A stretch of DNA of 64,000 bases, from the NCBI GenBank assembly GCA_965248535.1, contig CBDFJR010000005.1:1280001-1344000 (forward strand), given 5' to 3'. Position 1 is the stretch's first letter, and each line of letters starts with the position of its first letter. Source of the DNA: Phormidesmis sp. (GTDB taxonomy: Bacteria; Cyanobacteriota; Cyanobacteriia; Leptolyngbyales; Leptolyngbyaceae). Below the pieces are notes generated by a model that ran no database searches, was not told the origin of the DNA, and saw nothing but the letters and a program-made list of their open reading frames with translations. A program made the translations under genes and the position numbers. Shown here one piece after another: positions 1 to 10,500 of the stretch.

Positions 1-2021
1 AGACCTCTACCGGAATCACTCAATCTAGCAGTTCAATCTTTCCAAACTTAACGTCTAGCTCGACCGCACCTTCGACCCAGGGAACGGGATTATCCGCTCA
101 ATATTTCAATAGTCAAGACTTTAAGAATCCGGTTTTGACTCGCACAGATGCCACCATAAATTTTGATTGGAGGCAGGGTTCACCCGATGGAGCGATCGCG
201 TCTGACCATTTTTCAGGGCGCTGGACTGGGCAGATCTTGCCGACTCAATCAGAAGCCTACACGTTCTACACCCGCTCAGATGATGGAGTCAGACTGTGGA
301 TCAATGGACAACTGCTGATCGATCACTGGACTCCGCACGCGGTTGCTGAAGACAGCGGTGTGATCAATCTGATTGCTGGACAGAAGGTGAGTGTTCAGCT
401 TGACTATTATGAGCAGGGCGGCGATGCCATGACTCAACTGCTGTGGTCTAGCCCCAGCCGAGTCAAAGAAGTGATTCCTCAAAGTCAGCTTTTCCCAAGC
501 GATCTGGCTGCTCGCAGTCAAGCGGTTAATTTCAGCAATGCTCTAGACTGGGGCACCTTGGGCACCAAAGAGGGGAGAGATAGCGTCAGTTCTACCAATC
601 GCAGCGATTATTATCGCTTTAGTGTAGACACCGCCAGTCACTTAAACTTGAATCTAAGTGGGCTAACGGCTAACGCTAATCTCAATGTGTTAGATAGCCA
701 GGGCAACGTGCTCAATGCTTCAGCCAATGATGGAACTATGTTAGAGACGATCGATGCACTGCTCAATGCAGGCACCTATTATCTTCAGGTGTATACGACC
801 GGAGATGTTCAGACTAATTATCTGCTGTCGGCGATCGGGCGATCGTTGACTGAGCAAGCCAAGAGCGCTGACTCATTTATAGACTCGATGGGCATTGTGA
901 CTCATTTGCGCTATACCGACACGAGCTATGGGCGCTATAGCGATGTGGTCGAACCCAGACTACGGGAGCTAGGCATTCGTCATGTTAGAGACGGGGGCAA
1001 CAATGATGGGATGTTTGAGAAACTCAATCGGCTGGCGAGTTTTGGGATTCGATCGACCCTCGTGATGGACCCTCGCGACGGCATTACTCCCGATAATGCG
1101 GTGGAGTTGCTCAAAAAAGTGTTGCCGTCGGTGACCGCGATCGAAGGCCCTAACGAGTGGGATGTCAACTCGACCTTGACCTATAAAGGCAAGTCGTTTC
1201 CTGATGGGGTAATTGATTATCAAACAGACTTATATAAGGCGGTGAAAGGCAACCCGGCGACGGCGTTTGTGTCGGTCTTGGCTCCTTCGCTGGCGTTTTC
1301 TGAAAACGGGTCTCGTCTGACCTCTTTAGAATCGGTGATCGATGGGGGCAATATGCACAGCTATGCGGGAGGCAACCAACCCGATCAGGATTTAGATACC
1401 AAGTGGATTCCCAACACGCAAAAAGTTTCGGGAACTCGCCCGATCGTGGCGACTGAGACCGGGTGGCACAATGCGGTCAACGACTCAAATGCTAGCCAAA
1501 AGGGAGTCTCAGAGGGCGTTTCTGCAAAATATGTGCCTCGACTGTTTTTAGACTATTTCAATCGCGGCGTGAAACGCACCTTTTTGTATGAACTAATGGA
1601 TGAACGAGCCAAGTCTGACATGGAGAACAACTTTGGGTTAATTAGAGCCGATGGCACTCCTAAGCCTGCATTTTATTCGCTAAAAAACCTGATTGGTTTG
1701 CTGCAAGATTCCCAGGGTGCGGCGGTTTCGGGTTCTCTCAGCTATTATTTGACGGGCAACACACAAAACCTGCGGCACACGCTGCTGCAAAAGAGCAACG
1801 GCGATCGTTACTTAGTGATGTGGCTAGAGGTCACTAGCACAGACGCGCCTGTCAGCCAAAAAGTCACCCTAAATTTGATCAGCCCGACTCAACAAGCGAC
1901 GACTTATTTGACCAATCGCTCGATCGATCCGGTGGGTCAATACACCGCCCCAACCCAAATTGCGTTAGAGGTTCCCGATTCGCCGTTAGTCATAAAATTG
2001 ACTCCAAAAGCGACGAGTTAG
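1..2021 (+). CDS. 5'-truncated modular protein: PA14 domain + PPC-like domain + clan GH-A glycoside hydrolase
   Basis: Frame is open from position 3 (..GTGLSAQYFNSQDFKNPVLTRTD..), so the start lies upstream of the window. PA14 motifs SDDGVRLWING and LDYYEQGG; PPC-like DYYRF..LNAGTYYLQV; GH-A glutamate motifs EGPNEWD and ATETGW. Confidence 0.8.
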   Translation, partial: TSTGITQSSSSIFPNLTSSSTAPSTQGTGLSAQYFNSQDFKNPVLTRTDATINFDWRQGSPDGAIASDHFSGRWTGQILPTQSEAYTFYTRSDDGVRLWINGQLLIDHWTPHAVAEDSGVINLIAGQKVSVQLDYYEQGGDAMTQLLWSSPSRVKEVIPQSQLFPSDLAARSQAVNFSNALDWGTLGTKEGRDSVSSTNRSDYYRFSVDTASHLNLNLSGLTANANLNVLDSQGNVLNASANDGTMLETIDALLNAGTYYLQVYTTGDVQTNYLLSAIGRSLTEQAKSADSFIDSMGIVTHLRYTDTSYGRYSDVVEPRLRELGIRHVRDGGNNDGMFEKLNRLASFGIRSTLVMDPRDGITPDNAVELLKKVLPSVTAIEGPNEWDVNSTLTYKGKSFPDGVIDYQTDLYKAVKGNPATAFVSVLAPSLAFSENGSRLTSLESVIDGGNMHSYAGGNQPDQDLDTKWIPNTQKVSGTRPIVATETGWHNAVNDSNASQKGVSEGVSAKYVPRLFLDYFNRGVKRTFLYELMDERAKSDMENNFGLIRADGTPKPAFYSLKNLIGLLQDSQGAAVSGSLSYYLTGNTQNLRHTLLQKSNGDRYLVMWLEVTSTDAPVSQKVTLNLISPTQQATTYLTNRSIDPVGQYTAPTQIALEVPDSPLVIKLTPKATS

Positions 2022-2051
2022 AATCCAAGATTCAAGTTCACGCGAAACGTA

Positions 2052-2085
2052 AGATCTCCGATTTCTCCTGAGAAGTCGGGGATCT
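2052..2085. repeat. Short palindromic intergenic repeat (cyanobacterial small dispersed repeat type)
   Basis: AGATCTCCGATTTCT-cctg-AGAAGTCGGGGATCT imperfect inverted repeat. Confidence 0.6.
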
Positions 2086-2115
2086 GAGTGAATCCCTCGA
2101 TAGATAAATTCTATA

Positions 2116-3189
2116 ATGACATTTCAACAAATTTTTAATGCTGCGCCTAACGTTGAAGCGAGTGCTCCCGGACGGGTTAATCTCTTGGGCGAACACACAG
2201 ACTATAACGATGGGTTTGTGCTGCCGACTGCGATTCCTCAAACGACGATCGTGCATCTCGGTTTTAGCCCCAACCATCAGCATCATTTTTATTCTCACGA
2301 GCTTGAAGAATTGGTCAGTTCAACGACGGCTGACCCGATTCCGTCAGGCTTTGGGAGCTATGCGATCGGGTGTCTTCGAGTTTTAGAGCAAGCTGGATAT
2401 TCGATTCCGCCGCTGAATGTTTATGTGAATTCTACAGTTCCGATCGGGTCTGGTTTGTCGAGCAGTGCCGCGCTAGAAGTGGCGTTTTTGAGAGGGATAC
2501 GATCGCTGCTCTCCCTCGATTTTGACGACATCCGCATCGCCCAACTGGCTCAACAAGCCGAAATTGACTATGCAGGGGTGCAGTGCGGCATTATGGATCA
2601 GATGGCCGCTAGTCTCGCAAATACTCAGCAATTGTTGTTTTTAGACACGCGGTTGCTCGATCGTGAGTTGCTGCCCTTTCCCGCAGGTGCAGAAGTGCTG
2701 GTGATTGACAGCGGCATTCCACGAACCCTGGCAGGAAGTGGCTATAATCAACGCCGCGCAGAATGCGAAGAAGCTGCCAGACGATTGGGAGTTAAAGCGC
2801 TGCGAGACATTAATAACACAACACAACTGGAAACGCTGCCTGAACTGCTAAAAAAACGAGCGCGACATGTCATCACTGAAAATAATCGCGTCTTAGAAGC
2901 TAAACAAGGCATCACAGCCGCCAGATTTGGAGACTTAATGAACGCCTCTCATGCAAGTCTGCGAGATGATTATCAAGTCTCGATCGCAGGTCTCGATCAA
3001 TTGGTCTCCATTCTGCAAGCAACGCCTGATGTGTTTGGAGCGCGACTCACTGGGGCGGGCTTTGGCGGGGCATGTGTGGCGCTGGTGACGCAAGGGACGG
3101 CAGGTACGATCGCGCAAACCGTGCTAGAGTCCTACCGTAAAGCAGGGTTCACAGGGCGGCTTCTCGTTCCCGAAACTCACAACATTTAG
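2116..3189 (+). CDS. galK: Galactokinase
   Basis: GRVNLLGEHTDYNDG, PIGSGLSSSAA, CGIMDQ and GARLTGAGFGG GHMP motifs. Confidence 0.95.
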   Translation: MTFQQIFNAAPNVEASAPGRVNLLGEHTDYNDGFVLPTAIPQTTIVHLGFSPNHQHHFYSHELEELVSSTTADPIPSGFGSYAIGCLRVLEQAGYSIPPLNVYVNSTVPIGSGLSSSAALEVAFLRGIRSLLSLDFDDIRIAQLAQQAEIDYAGVQCGIMDQMAASLANTQQLLFLDTRLLDRELLPFPAGAEVLVIDSGIPRTLAGSGYNQRRAECEEAARRLGVKALRDINNTTQLETLPELLKKRARHVITENNRVLEAKQGITAARFGDLMNASHASLRDDYQVSIAGLDQLVSILQATPDVFGARLTGAGFGGACVALVTQGTAGTIAQTVLESYRKAGFTGRLLVPETHNI

Positions 3190-3197
3190 AGGACACT

Positions 3198-3878
3198 ATG
3201 CGACTTGAGAAAGTAGTCCCGTGGGGACGATCGCTCTCGGAATATTGTCAAATGTTTGATCTCACGGCTGCTGATTTGGAGTCTAAAATTCTTGACTGTG
3301 GTGGCGGCCCGGCTAGCTTTAATGCTGAGATGACTCAGTTAAATAAGTCAGTAGTTTCGTGTGATCCGCTTTATCAGTTTTCGGTTGATGAGATTTCTCA
3401 ACGCATTGATCAAACTTATCCAATTGTGATTAAAACGACTGAAGTCAACCGTGATAACTTTGTGTGGACGACCATTCAATCTCCTGAGCAACTTGGACAG
3501 ATTCGCATGGCATCAATGCAACGTTTTTTAGAAGATTTCCCATTCGGACTACAACAACGACGTTATCTTTCAGCATCACTACCTACATTACCCTTCGATT
3601 CTCGCCAGTTTGATTTAGCGTTGTGCTCTCATTTCTTATTTTTATATTCTGATCAGTTATCGTTAGCGTTTCATCTCGCGTCGATCGTAGAAATGTGTCG
3701 AGTTGCTCCAGTTGTGAAAATCTTCCCGTTGCTCGTCAACATGACGGGAGAAACATCCCCCTTTTTAGAGCCTGTTATGCAGGAATTAACGGCACAAGGC
3801 TACTCGTTGAAGATCAAACAGGTGCCTTACGAATTTCAAAAAGGTGGCAATCAACTTTTGCAAGTCAGCGCAGAATGA
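3198..3878 (+). CDS. Class I SAM-dependent methyltransferase-like protein
   Basis: ILDCGGGPASF motif I; FDLALCSHFLFLY; RBS GAGGA upstream. Confidence 0.8.
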   Translation: MRLEKVVPWGRSLSEYCQMFDLTAADLESKILDCGGGPASFNAEMTQLNKSVVSCDPLYQFSVDEISQRIDQTYPIVIKTTEVNRDNFVWTTIQSPEQLGQIRMASMQRFLEDFPFGLQQRRYLSASLPTLPFDSRQFDLALCSHFLFLYSDQLSLAFHLASIVEMCRVAPVVKIFPLLVNMTGETSPFLEPVMQELTAQGYSLKIKQVPYEFQKGGNQLLQVSAE

Positions 3879-4786
3879 ATCATGGCTGGACGTATCGCGA
3901 ACGAATCGATAAACTAACGGAAAACTGCACAGTTTTAGATTACTACGCTCAACGCTATCTGCATTCCAGTCGTGCAGATTGGCAAACCCGAATTGCAACG
4001 GGTGAGATTTTATTAAATGGATTAACGACAACAGACGATAGAATTCTGAAACGCGGCGATCGCTTGAGCTATCACCGTCCGCCTTGGCAAGAGCCAGACG
4101 TGCCGCTCACCTTTCAAGTGATGATTGAAGACGCTGAGATTCTAGTGGTGTCTAAACCATCAGGCTTACCCGTTTTGCCCGGCGGCGGATTTTTAGAACA
4201 CACACTATTAGGACAACTTCAACAACGCTATCCCCACGAGACTCCGGTGCCGATTCACCGCTTAGGTCGGGGTACATCAGGGTTAGTGTTGTTAGCCCGA
4301 TCGCGCCATGCCCGTGCCTCTCTCAGTCAACAACTGCGATCGCAGCAGATGCAAAAAATCTATCGTACGCTGGTTAATGGAACTTTGATGCCCGATCGCT
4401 TTAGGGTGACGACCCCGATCGGCAAAATTCCCCATCCCGTTTTGGGCTATATTTACGCCGCCCACCCAGACGGATTGGTTGCCCAAAGTGACTGTCAAGT
4501 TCTGCGGCGGAATGCAGACACTACCCTGTTAGAGGTGAATATTCTTACAGGGCGACCGCATCAAATTCGGATTCATTTGGCAGCAGCAGGGTATCCATTA
4601 GTGGGCGACCCGCTGTATACGATCGGGGGCATTCCCAAAACATTCACGCCATCGGCAACGGGCGAGTTGCCTGTCCCAGGTGACTGTGGTTATCATCTGC
4701 ACGCGATGCAGTTGACTTTTAGCCATCCGATTACCCACGACTTAATGCAAGTCACATCGCCTCCACCAGACGGTCTTGATGGGTAA
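3875..4786 (+). CDS. RluA-family RNA pseudouridine synthase with S4-like N-terminus
   Basis: KPSGL, HRLGRGTSGL, TGRPHQIR and GDPLY motifs. Start moved to ATG 3875, which forms an ATGA overlap with the upstream stop. Confidence 0.85.
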   Translation: MNHGWTYRERIDKLTENCTVLDYYAQRYLHSSRADWQTRIATGEILLNGLTTTDDRILKRGDRLSYHRPPWQEPDVPLTFQVMIEDAEILVVSKPSGLPVLPGGGFLEHTLLGQLQQRYPHETPVPIHRLGRGTSGLVLLARSRHARASLSQQLRSQQMQKIYRTLVNGTLMPDRFRVTTPIGKIPHPVLGYIYAAHPDGLVAQSDCQVLRRNADTTLLEVNILTGRPHQIRIHLAAAGYPLVGDPLYTIGGIPKTFTPSATGELPVPGDCGYHLHAMQLTFSHPITHDLMQVTSPPPDGLDG

Positions 4787-4790
4787 TTTT

Positions 4791-4920
4791 CTAGGGGACT
4801 TTGAAAAGACTCGCGGTTTCAAAGTCCCCCAGCATGGGGGATTTAGGGGGCACAAGCAGACCCAACCGCAGCGAGTCTGAGAGTAGCTCATATCTAGAAT
4901 TTATTCATACAGGAGGTCTA
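4791..4920 (+). mobile_element. Left-truncated MITE-like element
   Basis: Core GGGACTTTGA..TCAAAGTCCCC..TGGGGGATTTAGGGGGCACAAGC shared with 5291-5468; right end ATTCATACAGGAGGTCTA (4903-4920). Confidence 0.65.
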
Positions 4921-4995
4921 ATTCTGTAGGCTGAGTTGAACCTTTGTGAAACCCAATGGGTTTTAAATTACACGATCCACTGAATTTAATGAGCG

Positions 4996-5151
4996 AAAAG
5001 ACAATTTGCTTTCTCATTTTGGCAATTTGCTGGCTCATTTCAGTAGTTTCTGCAAGCAAATGGACAATTTGCTTTCTCATTTTGTCCATTTGCATTCTCA
5101 TTTCAGTAGTTTCTGCAAGCAAAAAGACAATTTGCTTTCTCATTTCAGTAG
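4996..5151. repeat. 21-nt tandem array with 63-nt higher-order period
   Basis: Units such as AAAAGACAATTTGCTTTCTCA / TTTTGGCAATTTGCTGGCTCA / TTTCAGTAGTTTCTGCAAGCA; seven units plus a partial one. Confidence 0.85.
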
Positions 5152-5290
5152 ATCGCGCACTTGTAATAACCATTGCTGTAGGGCAAACGTGAGAAGTTGC
5201 CCCTCGATCGGGCAAGCGCAGAATGGAATTTTCTTGAGCAACCGATTTCATCAGATCTCCACCAGCAGGTTGAAACCAGGGAGCGAGCAC

Positions 5291-5468
5291 TAGACCTCCT
5301 GCACGAATCTAGGAACGCCCCCTATATCCCCCATGGCTGGGGGACTTTGAAATCAGAACTTGGCTCAAAATCCCCCGTTCTGGGGGATTTAGGGGGCACA
5401 AGCCGAACTCAACACAGCGCGAGATCAGAGCACTTTATCTCTAGAATTCTATTCATGCAGGAAGTCCA
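5291..5468 (+). mobile_element. MITE-like element (178 bp) with 18-bp imperfect terminal inverted repeats
   Basis: TAGACCTCCTGCACGAAT ... ATTCATGCAGGAAGTCCA (15/18 complementary); internal G/C-run palindromes; no transposase. Confidence 0.7.
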
Positions 5469-5524
5469 TTCTCTTAAAAGTAGTATATTGCTAGTAAACT
5501 GCTTAGTTTACATTGAGGGGAACC

Positions 5525-6226
5525 ATGCCACCAAACATGCAGATTGGCTTACTTGTCTTGGGAGGAGTGCTAGTTTTGATGCACCAAGTGGCATTGCTGG
5601 AGGCAACATTAAGATTTTTGGGGCTGAGGCAGCAGAAAAAGTTTCCAATCCTTTTTTACGATTCATCGCGCATTGCTGGAGGCAACATTAAGATTTTTGG
5701 GGCTGAGGCAGCAGAAAAAGTTTCCAATCCTTTTTTACGATTCATCGCGTTTGCTTTTGGGGCTGGTTTAATTTTTGTATCAGTTCATCCGCAGAACCCC
5801 ACTCCTGAAAACAAGATTTTTGTTGATCCTGGCTTGTCTTCACCTAACCCGATTCCAGGAGTTTCCATCAAAAAAAATAACTCGATTGAGGTGATTCCTG
5901 CAAGGGATTTTCAGTGGGCTTGTAAGGGAAATGCAACCATCAATGCCTATACCTGGGTGGGCCCGGGTGGCGACAGCAGTTTTAGAAGTGATGAAAGAAA
6001 CATGCTGCCGAGTGCTCCTTTTTGCTCACTGATTGGTCGCGTTGGCACAGGTGCCTGGCACTATCTTGGGGATAACAATACGTTTACTGCTGATAGTTCA
6101 GGAAGTCTTTATTTAACAGCTAACGATGTGACACCAGGAAATTGTCCGCTACCAAACAAACAAGAATGCTACTCGGATAATAAAGGAACTGCAAGCGCAA
6201 CCGTAACAGTCAACGTCAGGAATTAG
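5525..6226 (+). CDS. Membrane-anchored protein with C-terminal LecA/PA-IL-like lectin domain
   Basis: Hydrophobic segments IGLLVLGGVLVL and FIAFAFGAGLIFVSV; C-terminal PSAPFCSLIGRVG..F.A..SGSLYLTAND..YSDNKG pattern; GAGGGG RBS before ATG 5525. Confidence 0.6.
   Translation: MPPNMQIGLLVLGGVLVLMHQVALLEATLRFLGLRQQKKFPILFYDSSRIAGGNIKIFGAEAAEKVSNPFLRFIAFAFGAGLIFVSVHPQNPTPENKIFVDPGLSSPNPIPGVSIKKNNSIEVIPARDFQWACKGNATINAYTWVGPGGDSSFRSDERNMLPSAPFCSLIGRVGTGAWHYLGDNNTFTADSSGSLYLTANDVTPGNCPLPNKQECYSDNKGTASATVTVNVRN
5591..5748. repeat. Perfect 79-bp tandem duplication inside the lectin-like gene
   Basis: 5591-5669 is identical to 5670-5748 (GCATTGCTGGAGGC...ATTCATCGC). Confidence 0.95.
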
Positions 6227-6481
6227 TTAATTGTTACGGTGGGTATTGTGGGTATAGCTCAATAGCTTTGTTGGAGCAGACAACAGAGTTCATTGACGAT
6301 CGTTCAACAGCAACGTCAGTCTGCTTGTTGTCCTCAAGCTTTAAGAATCTTAAGTTTGAAGATTTACTTCAAAAGTGAACTTTGTATTGTCTTTGGGTAG
6401 AAAATTCTAGCAATAAGTCATGAGCGATTAATTCTCATTATTTATTGTTGAGGATGAATCTATCTTTTATGGTGAGGCCCT

Positions 6482-7252
6482 ATGAAACAAACTTCAAAAC
6501 AGCAAAAATTTTCGAGAAGGAGCCTCCTTCAGTTTGGTGCAGGAGTGGTTGGTACAGGTTCTCTCACAGCTTGGTTAGGAACGGGTGCCTTGGCTCAAAC
6601 AGTCAGATATCGGGCATCTCGCACCAGTCCAGACCAGCTAATCGCGGTTGATCCAGCCAGTGCTCGTGCTGAAAGTGGGTTGACTCCTGATCAAGCATTG
6701 GCAAAACTGATAGAAGGAAACCAGCGATTTGTTGCCAGAAAACGGCTCAATCCCCATCAAGATAGTGCCCGTATAACTGAAGTTGCCGCCGGACAAGCCC
6801 CCTTTGCTGCCATTTTAAGTTGTGCAGACTCACGAGTTGTGCCAGAAATTGCCTTTGACCAAGGGATTGGCGATCTCTTTGTAGTCCGGGTGGCGGGCAA
6901 CATTGCTATCACCGAAGACATTGCTAGTGAAGAGTATGCGGTGGGTGTATTAAAAGCCCCTCTGCTCGTGGTTTTAGGACATGAGCGATGTGGGGCAGTG
7001 GCTGCGGCGTTGAAGGGAGGCGAGTTGCCAGGTGTTATTGAGTCGCTTGTGTTTGCGATTCAACCAGCCATTAAAGCTTCAGAGGGAGAAGCGGGCGATC
7101 GCCTCACTAATGCAGTCAAAGCCAATGTGCGCTTACAAGTACAGCGACTACAAAAGTCTTCTGTTATTGCTTCAGCTTTACAACAAGGCAAGCTTAAGAT
7201 TGTTGGGGCCTATTATGATCTCGATACAGGTGCAATCAGTTTAGTCAGTTAG
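6482..7252 (+). CDS. Beta-class carbonic anhydrase with Tat signal peptide
   Basis: Zn-ligand motifs CADSR and HERCGA; GDLFVVRVAGN; SRRSLL twin-arginine signal followed by a hydrophobic stretch and ALA. Confidence 0.92.
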   Translation: MKQTSKQQKFSRRSLLQFGAGVVGTGSLTAWLGTGALAQTVRYRASRTSPDQLIAVDPASARAESGLTPDQALAKLIEGNQRFVARKRLNPHQDSARITEVAAGQAPFAAILSCADSRVVPEIAFDQGIGDLFVVRVAGNIAITEDIASEEYAVGVLKAPLLVVLGHERCGAVAAALKGGELPGVIESLVFAIQPAIKASEGEAGDRLTNAVKANVRLQVQRLQKSSVIASALQQGKLKIVGAYYDLDTGAISLVS

Positions 7253-7522
7253 CACTCCATTGCTATAAAAAACCTTGCTAATAAGTAGGGTTGTGAGCTA
7301 ATCATGCCCATCTACTTGATCGGTTGGAGATCTATTGTTCACTTTAGATGATCTGCGGCGGGTGATGGGCAAGCTCAAGGTGAATAGCAAGTAATTGTTG
7401 GCAACAAAGATTTGGGAATAACTTTCTCAAGTCGGCTTAGAGGATGTTTGAAAAGATGTGGTGAAGCCGACTGTTTGAGTCTCTTCGCTGAATTCTGACC
7501 TAAGCCAGTAGTTAGAATTTGT

Positions 7523-10500
7523 TTATACCGCGATCGCGACTCCCTCGATCGCTTCATCTGCCGTCTCATATAAATCACGCAACTGCGCCAACTTTTCTGG
7601 TTCGGGTTGCCAAAAGCCGCGACCGTTTGCTTCTAACATCCTACTAACGATGTTGCGGAAGGCTTCAGGGTTTGCCGATCGCAGTTTGTTCGCCATTTCT
7701 GAATCCAGTGCGTAAGTTTCGGCGGCTTGGTCATAAACCCAGGATTCTTGAAAATCGACGGTGCCGCCCCAGCCGATTAAAGCAGTCATGCGCTGAGAAA
7801 TCTCGTAAGCCCCACCAGAACCCTGATCTGCCATGGCTTCTGCCCATTTGGGGTTCAGCAGTTTTGTGCGATATTCTAGCCGCAGCAAATCGTCTAAATC
7901 GCGAGGGGTCGTGTCTTTTGAGAAACTTTCGACAAAACTCGCCTGCACTTTTTTGCCCTGCTGCTTTTCGGCGGCTCGTTTTAATCCGCCCGTGTTGGCA
8001 TAATATTCCTGAATGTCCGTCAAGCCGTATTCGACCGAATCGATTTCTTGAATGATCCGATCGGTGGTGTTTAGCAGCGATTCTAAGATCAGCGATCGGT
8101 CTTGTCCTTTATCGGTTCTGCCATAGCTAAATCCGTTGCGACTTTGCCAGGTTTGTGCCAACTCATCGCCCGATTCCCAGTTGCCAGCAACGACCCGATC
8201 GTTAACGAGAGAACCGTAGTCTCCAGATGGATTTGAGAATAGACGTGCTGAAGGATTTTCAACGCCTTGAGCAATGAGTGGTTTAACGTGTTTGCGAACA
8301 AAATTCTGATCGTCTGGTTCGTCAGCATCGGCAGCGCGCTGAAACAAATCGTCTAATAGCTCAATGATATTGACAAAGCTATCTCTAAAAATGCCTGAGA
8401 GATTGGCTAATACATCAATTCGGGGATGCCCAACTTCTGCTAGCGGTCTTAACTCATAGCGAACAATTCGCCCAGTGCCTTCTTTAACGGGTTCTGCACC
8501 GACTAGCTCTAACAAAATGCCGAGCGATTCGCCTTTGGTTTTAATCGCGTCTAAGCCCCACAGCATCACTGCCACAGTTTCGGGATAGGTGCCGTGCTGC
8601 TGCAAATGTTGCGTGAGAATTTGTTGGGCGATCGCTCTCCCTCGTTCATAGGCCGCAGGCGACGGCATCCGATAAGGGTCGAGGGCATGAATGTTTCGTC
8701 CGGTGGGCAAAACTTCTGCCCCGTCGCGCAGCAAATCGCCACCGGGAGCGGGCGGAATATACTCGCCATTCAGTCCTCGCAGTAAGTTAGTGAGTTCGTC
8801 GGTATTTTGAGCCAGCAGATCGCGAATTTTTGATGCTTCTTCAGTCTCCGCCGCGCCGTCGAAATAGGCGTTGAGATAACTGTCTAATTCTTCAGGGTTG
8901 GGCGGTTCACCAAGGACGTGTAACCCTGATGAAAATAGACGATTTTCGAGAATTTGCAGATAGTCGTAGAGAGTGATTAAGTAGCGATTAAATGCCTCGT
9001 TACTAAAAAGTTTAACGGTCTCGATCGTAACCCCCATGCCCATTTTTTGAGCGTCTATAAACGGACAATCTGCATCAAGTCCGGTGTCGCTAATCTTCTT
9101 GCAAATCACCTCTTTAAGAGCGTAATTTTTATCAGAATCTTCGCGATATTCAGCAATTAAATCGCGCAGGGTAACGAGTTCTTTATACAATCCCGCTCGA
9201 CCGTAGGGCGGAACATTGTGCGAGATCAAAACCCCATAGCCGCGCCGCTTGGCCAGAATTGATTCAGAGGGATTGTTGGCTGCATAAATGTAGAGATTGG
9301 GCAAATTTCCGAGCAAGACATCTGACCACGAATACCCCGTGTTGCCTAATGGAGAACCAGGGAGCCATTCAACCGTGCCGTGCATCCCAAAGTGAACGAT
9401 CGCGCTAGCCTGAAAGTCTTTTTGTAACCACTGATAAAAGGCCGCATATTGGGGATGAGGGGTGAGATCGCGATCGAACATTAATCGCATTGGGTCGCCC
9501 GAAATGCCCAACGGTGGCTGCACTCCAATCCACACGTTGCCAAACTGAACTCCGCCCCAAGTTAGGGCTTCACCCATTGTTTTGATGCCGCTTCCCGATA
9601 GCGATTTCCACTGTTTTTCAATGCGTGAAGTGAGGAGATAACCTAACCATTTTTCTAGAGTCCGAACGTTAATCGACTGGTGTGTAGAATCATCCGTTTG
9701 GAATTCACCGATCCATTCATCGGCTTGTTTCACTTGACGGATAATTTCTTCGCCATCTTGGGGCAACTCTCCGATCGTGTAGCCCTGATCTTTAAGCGCT
9801 TGCAGAAGTTTAAGCAGCGACTTTGGCACATTCAACAAAGCGGCAGTGCCGACGGCTCCATAGCCCGGTGGAAAGCCATATAAGATAATCGCGAGTTTAC
9901 GATCGCTGACCGATTTGCGCCGCAGATCGATCCATTTTTGCAGCCGTCCGGTGAGCCGTTTGACCCGTTCGGGAATCAGGTAAATCTTCTCTCCGACCAA
10001 ACCGCCTAGAGGAATGGTATCGATCGCACCATCTAACTCCGGTAGCGCATAAAGCACCACGCTTTGCAAACCGCCAATTCCCTGCCGCGTCCAAGAGTGA
10101 ATGTCTTGAATCAACAGTGGTGCCGCCACTAAATAAGGAATATTTTTAGCGCTGAGAATGCGTTTTGCCACTTCGGTTTGACGACCCGCTTCCATTGAGC
10201 CAGCCGGCCCCCCGACTAGTGGAAAGCCAATCGTAGAGACGATCGCATCCACCTTTGCCGCTTCACTAGACAGTGATTTTGTCTCTATAATGCCTTGCTG
10301 ACGTTGTGCTTGTTCATAGTCAGTCGTCATCAAATCGCGCACTGCTACATGACCCTCAACCCCGTTGATAAAAATCGGTAGCGGAATCAAATTTGCCTGC
10401 TCAAACTGTCGAATTAGTTGGGCAATATAAGGCTGTTTTGTAATAACGTGCTTTCGATAAAGCAAAATTCCTACTACGGGAAGATTTTTGGATTGACGAG

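Noticed and set aside
3695..3874. N-terminal extension of the pseudouridine synthase ORF
   Set aside because: It overlaps the methyltransferase gene; the ATGA-coupled start at 3875 is more plausible.
4996..5151. Possible CRISPR array
   Set aside because: Units are contiguous with no unique spacers, and there are no cas genes in the window.
5197..5691. 164-aa ORF
   Set aside because: It runs through the MITE-like repeat and ends in the duplicated segment; most likely a by-product of those repeats.
6248..6335. tRNA-like start GTGGGTATAGCTCAA..GAGC and a stem-loop upstream of the carbonic anhydrase
   Set aside because: No matching acceptor-stem 3' strand or T-arm, and no riboswitch consensus that I recognise.
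7300..7460. Short coding-like fragment (GDLLFTLDDLRRVMGKLKV) and IS-end-like GAGGATGTTTGAAAAG
   Set aside because: Too short, with no partner inverted repeat or transposase; cannot be supported from this window.
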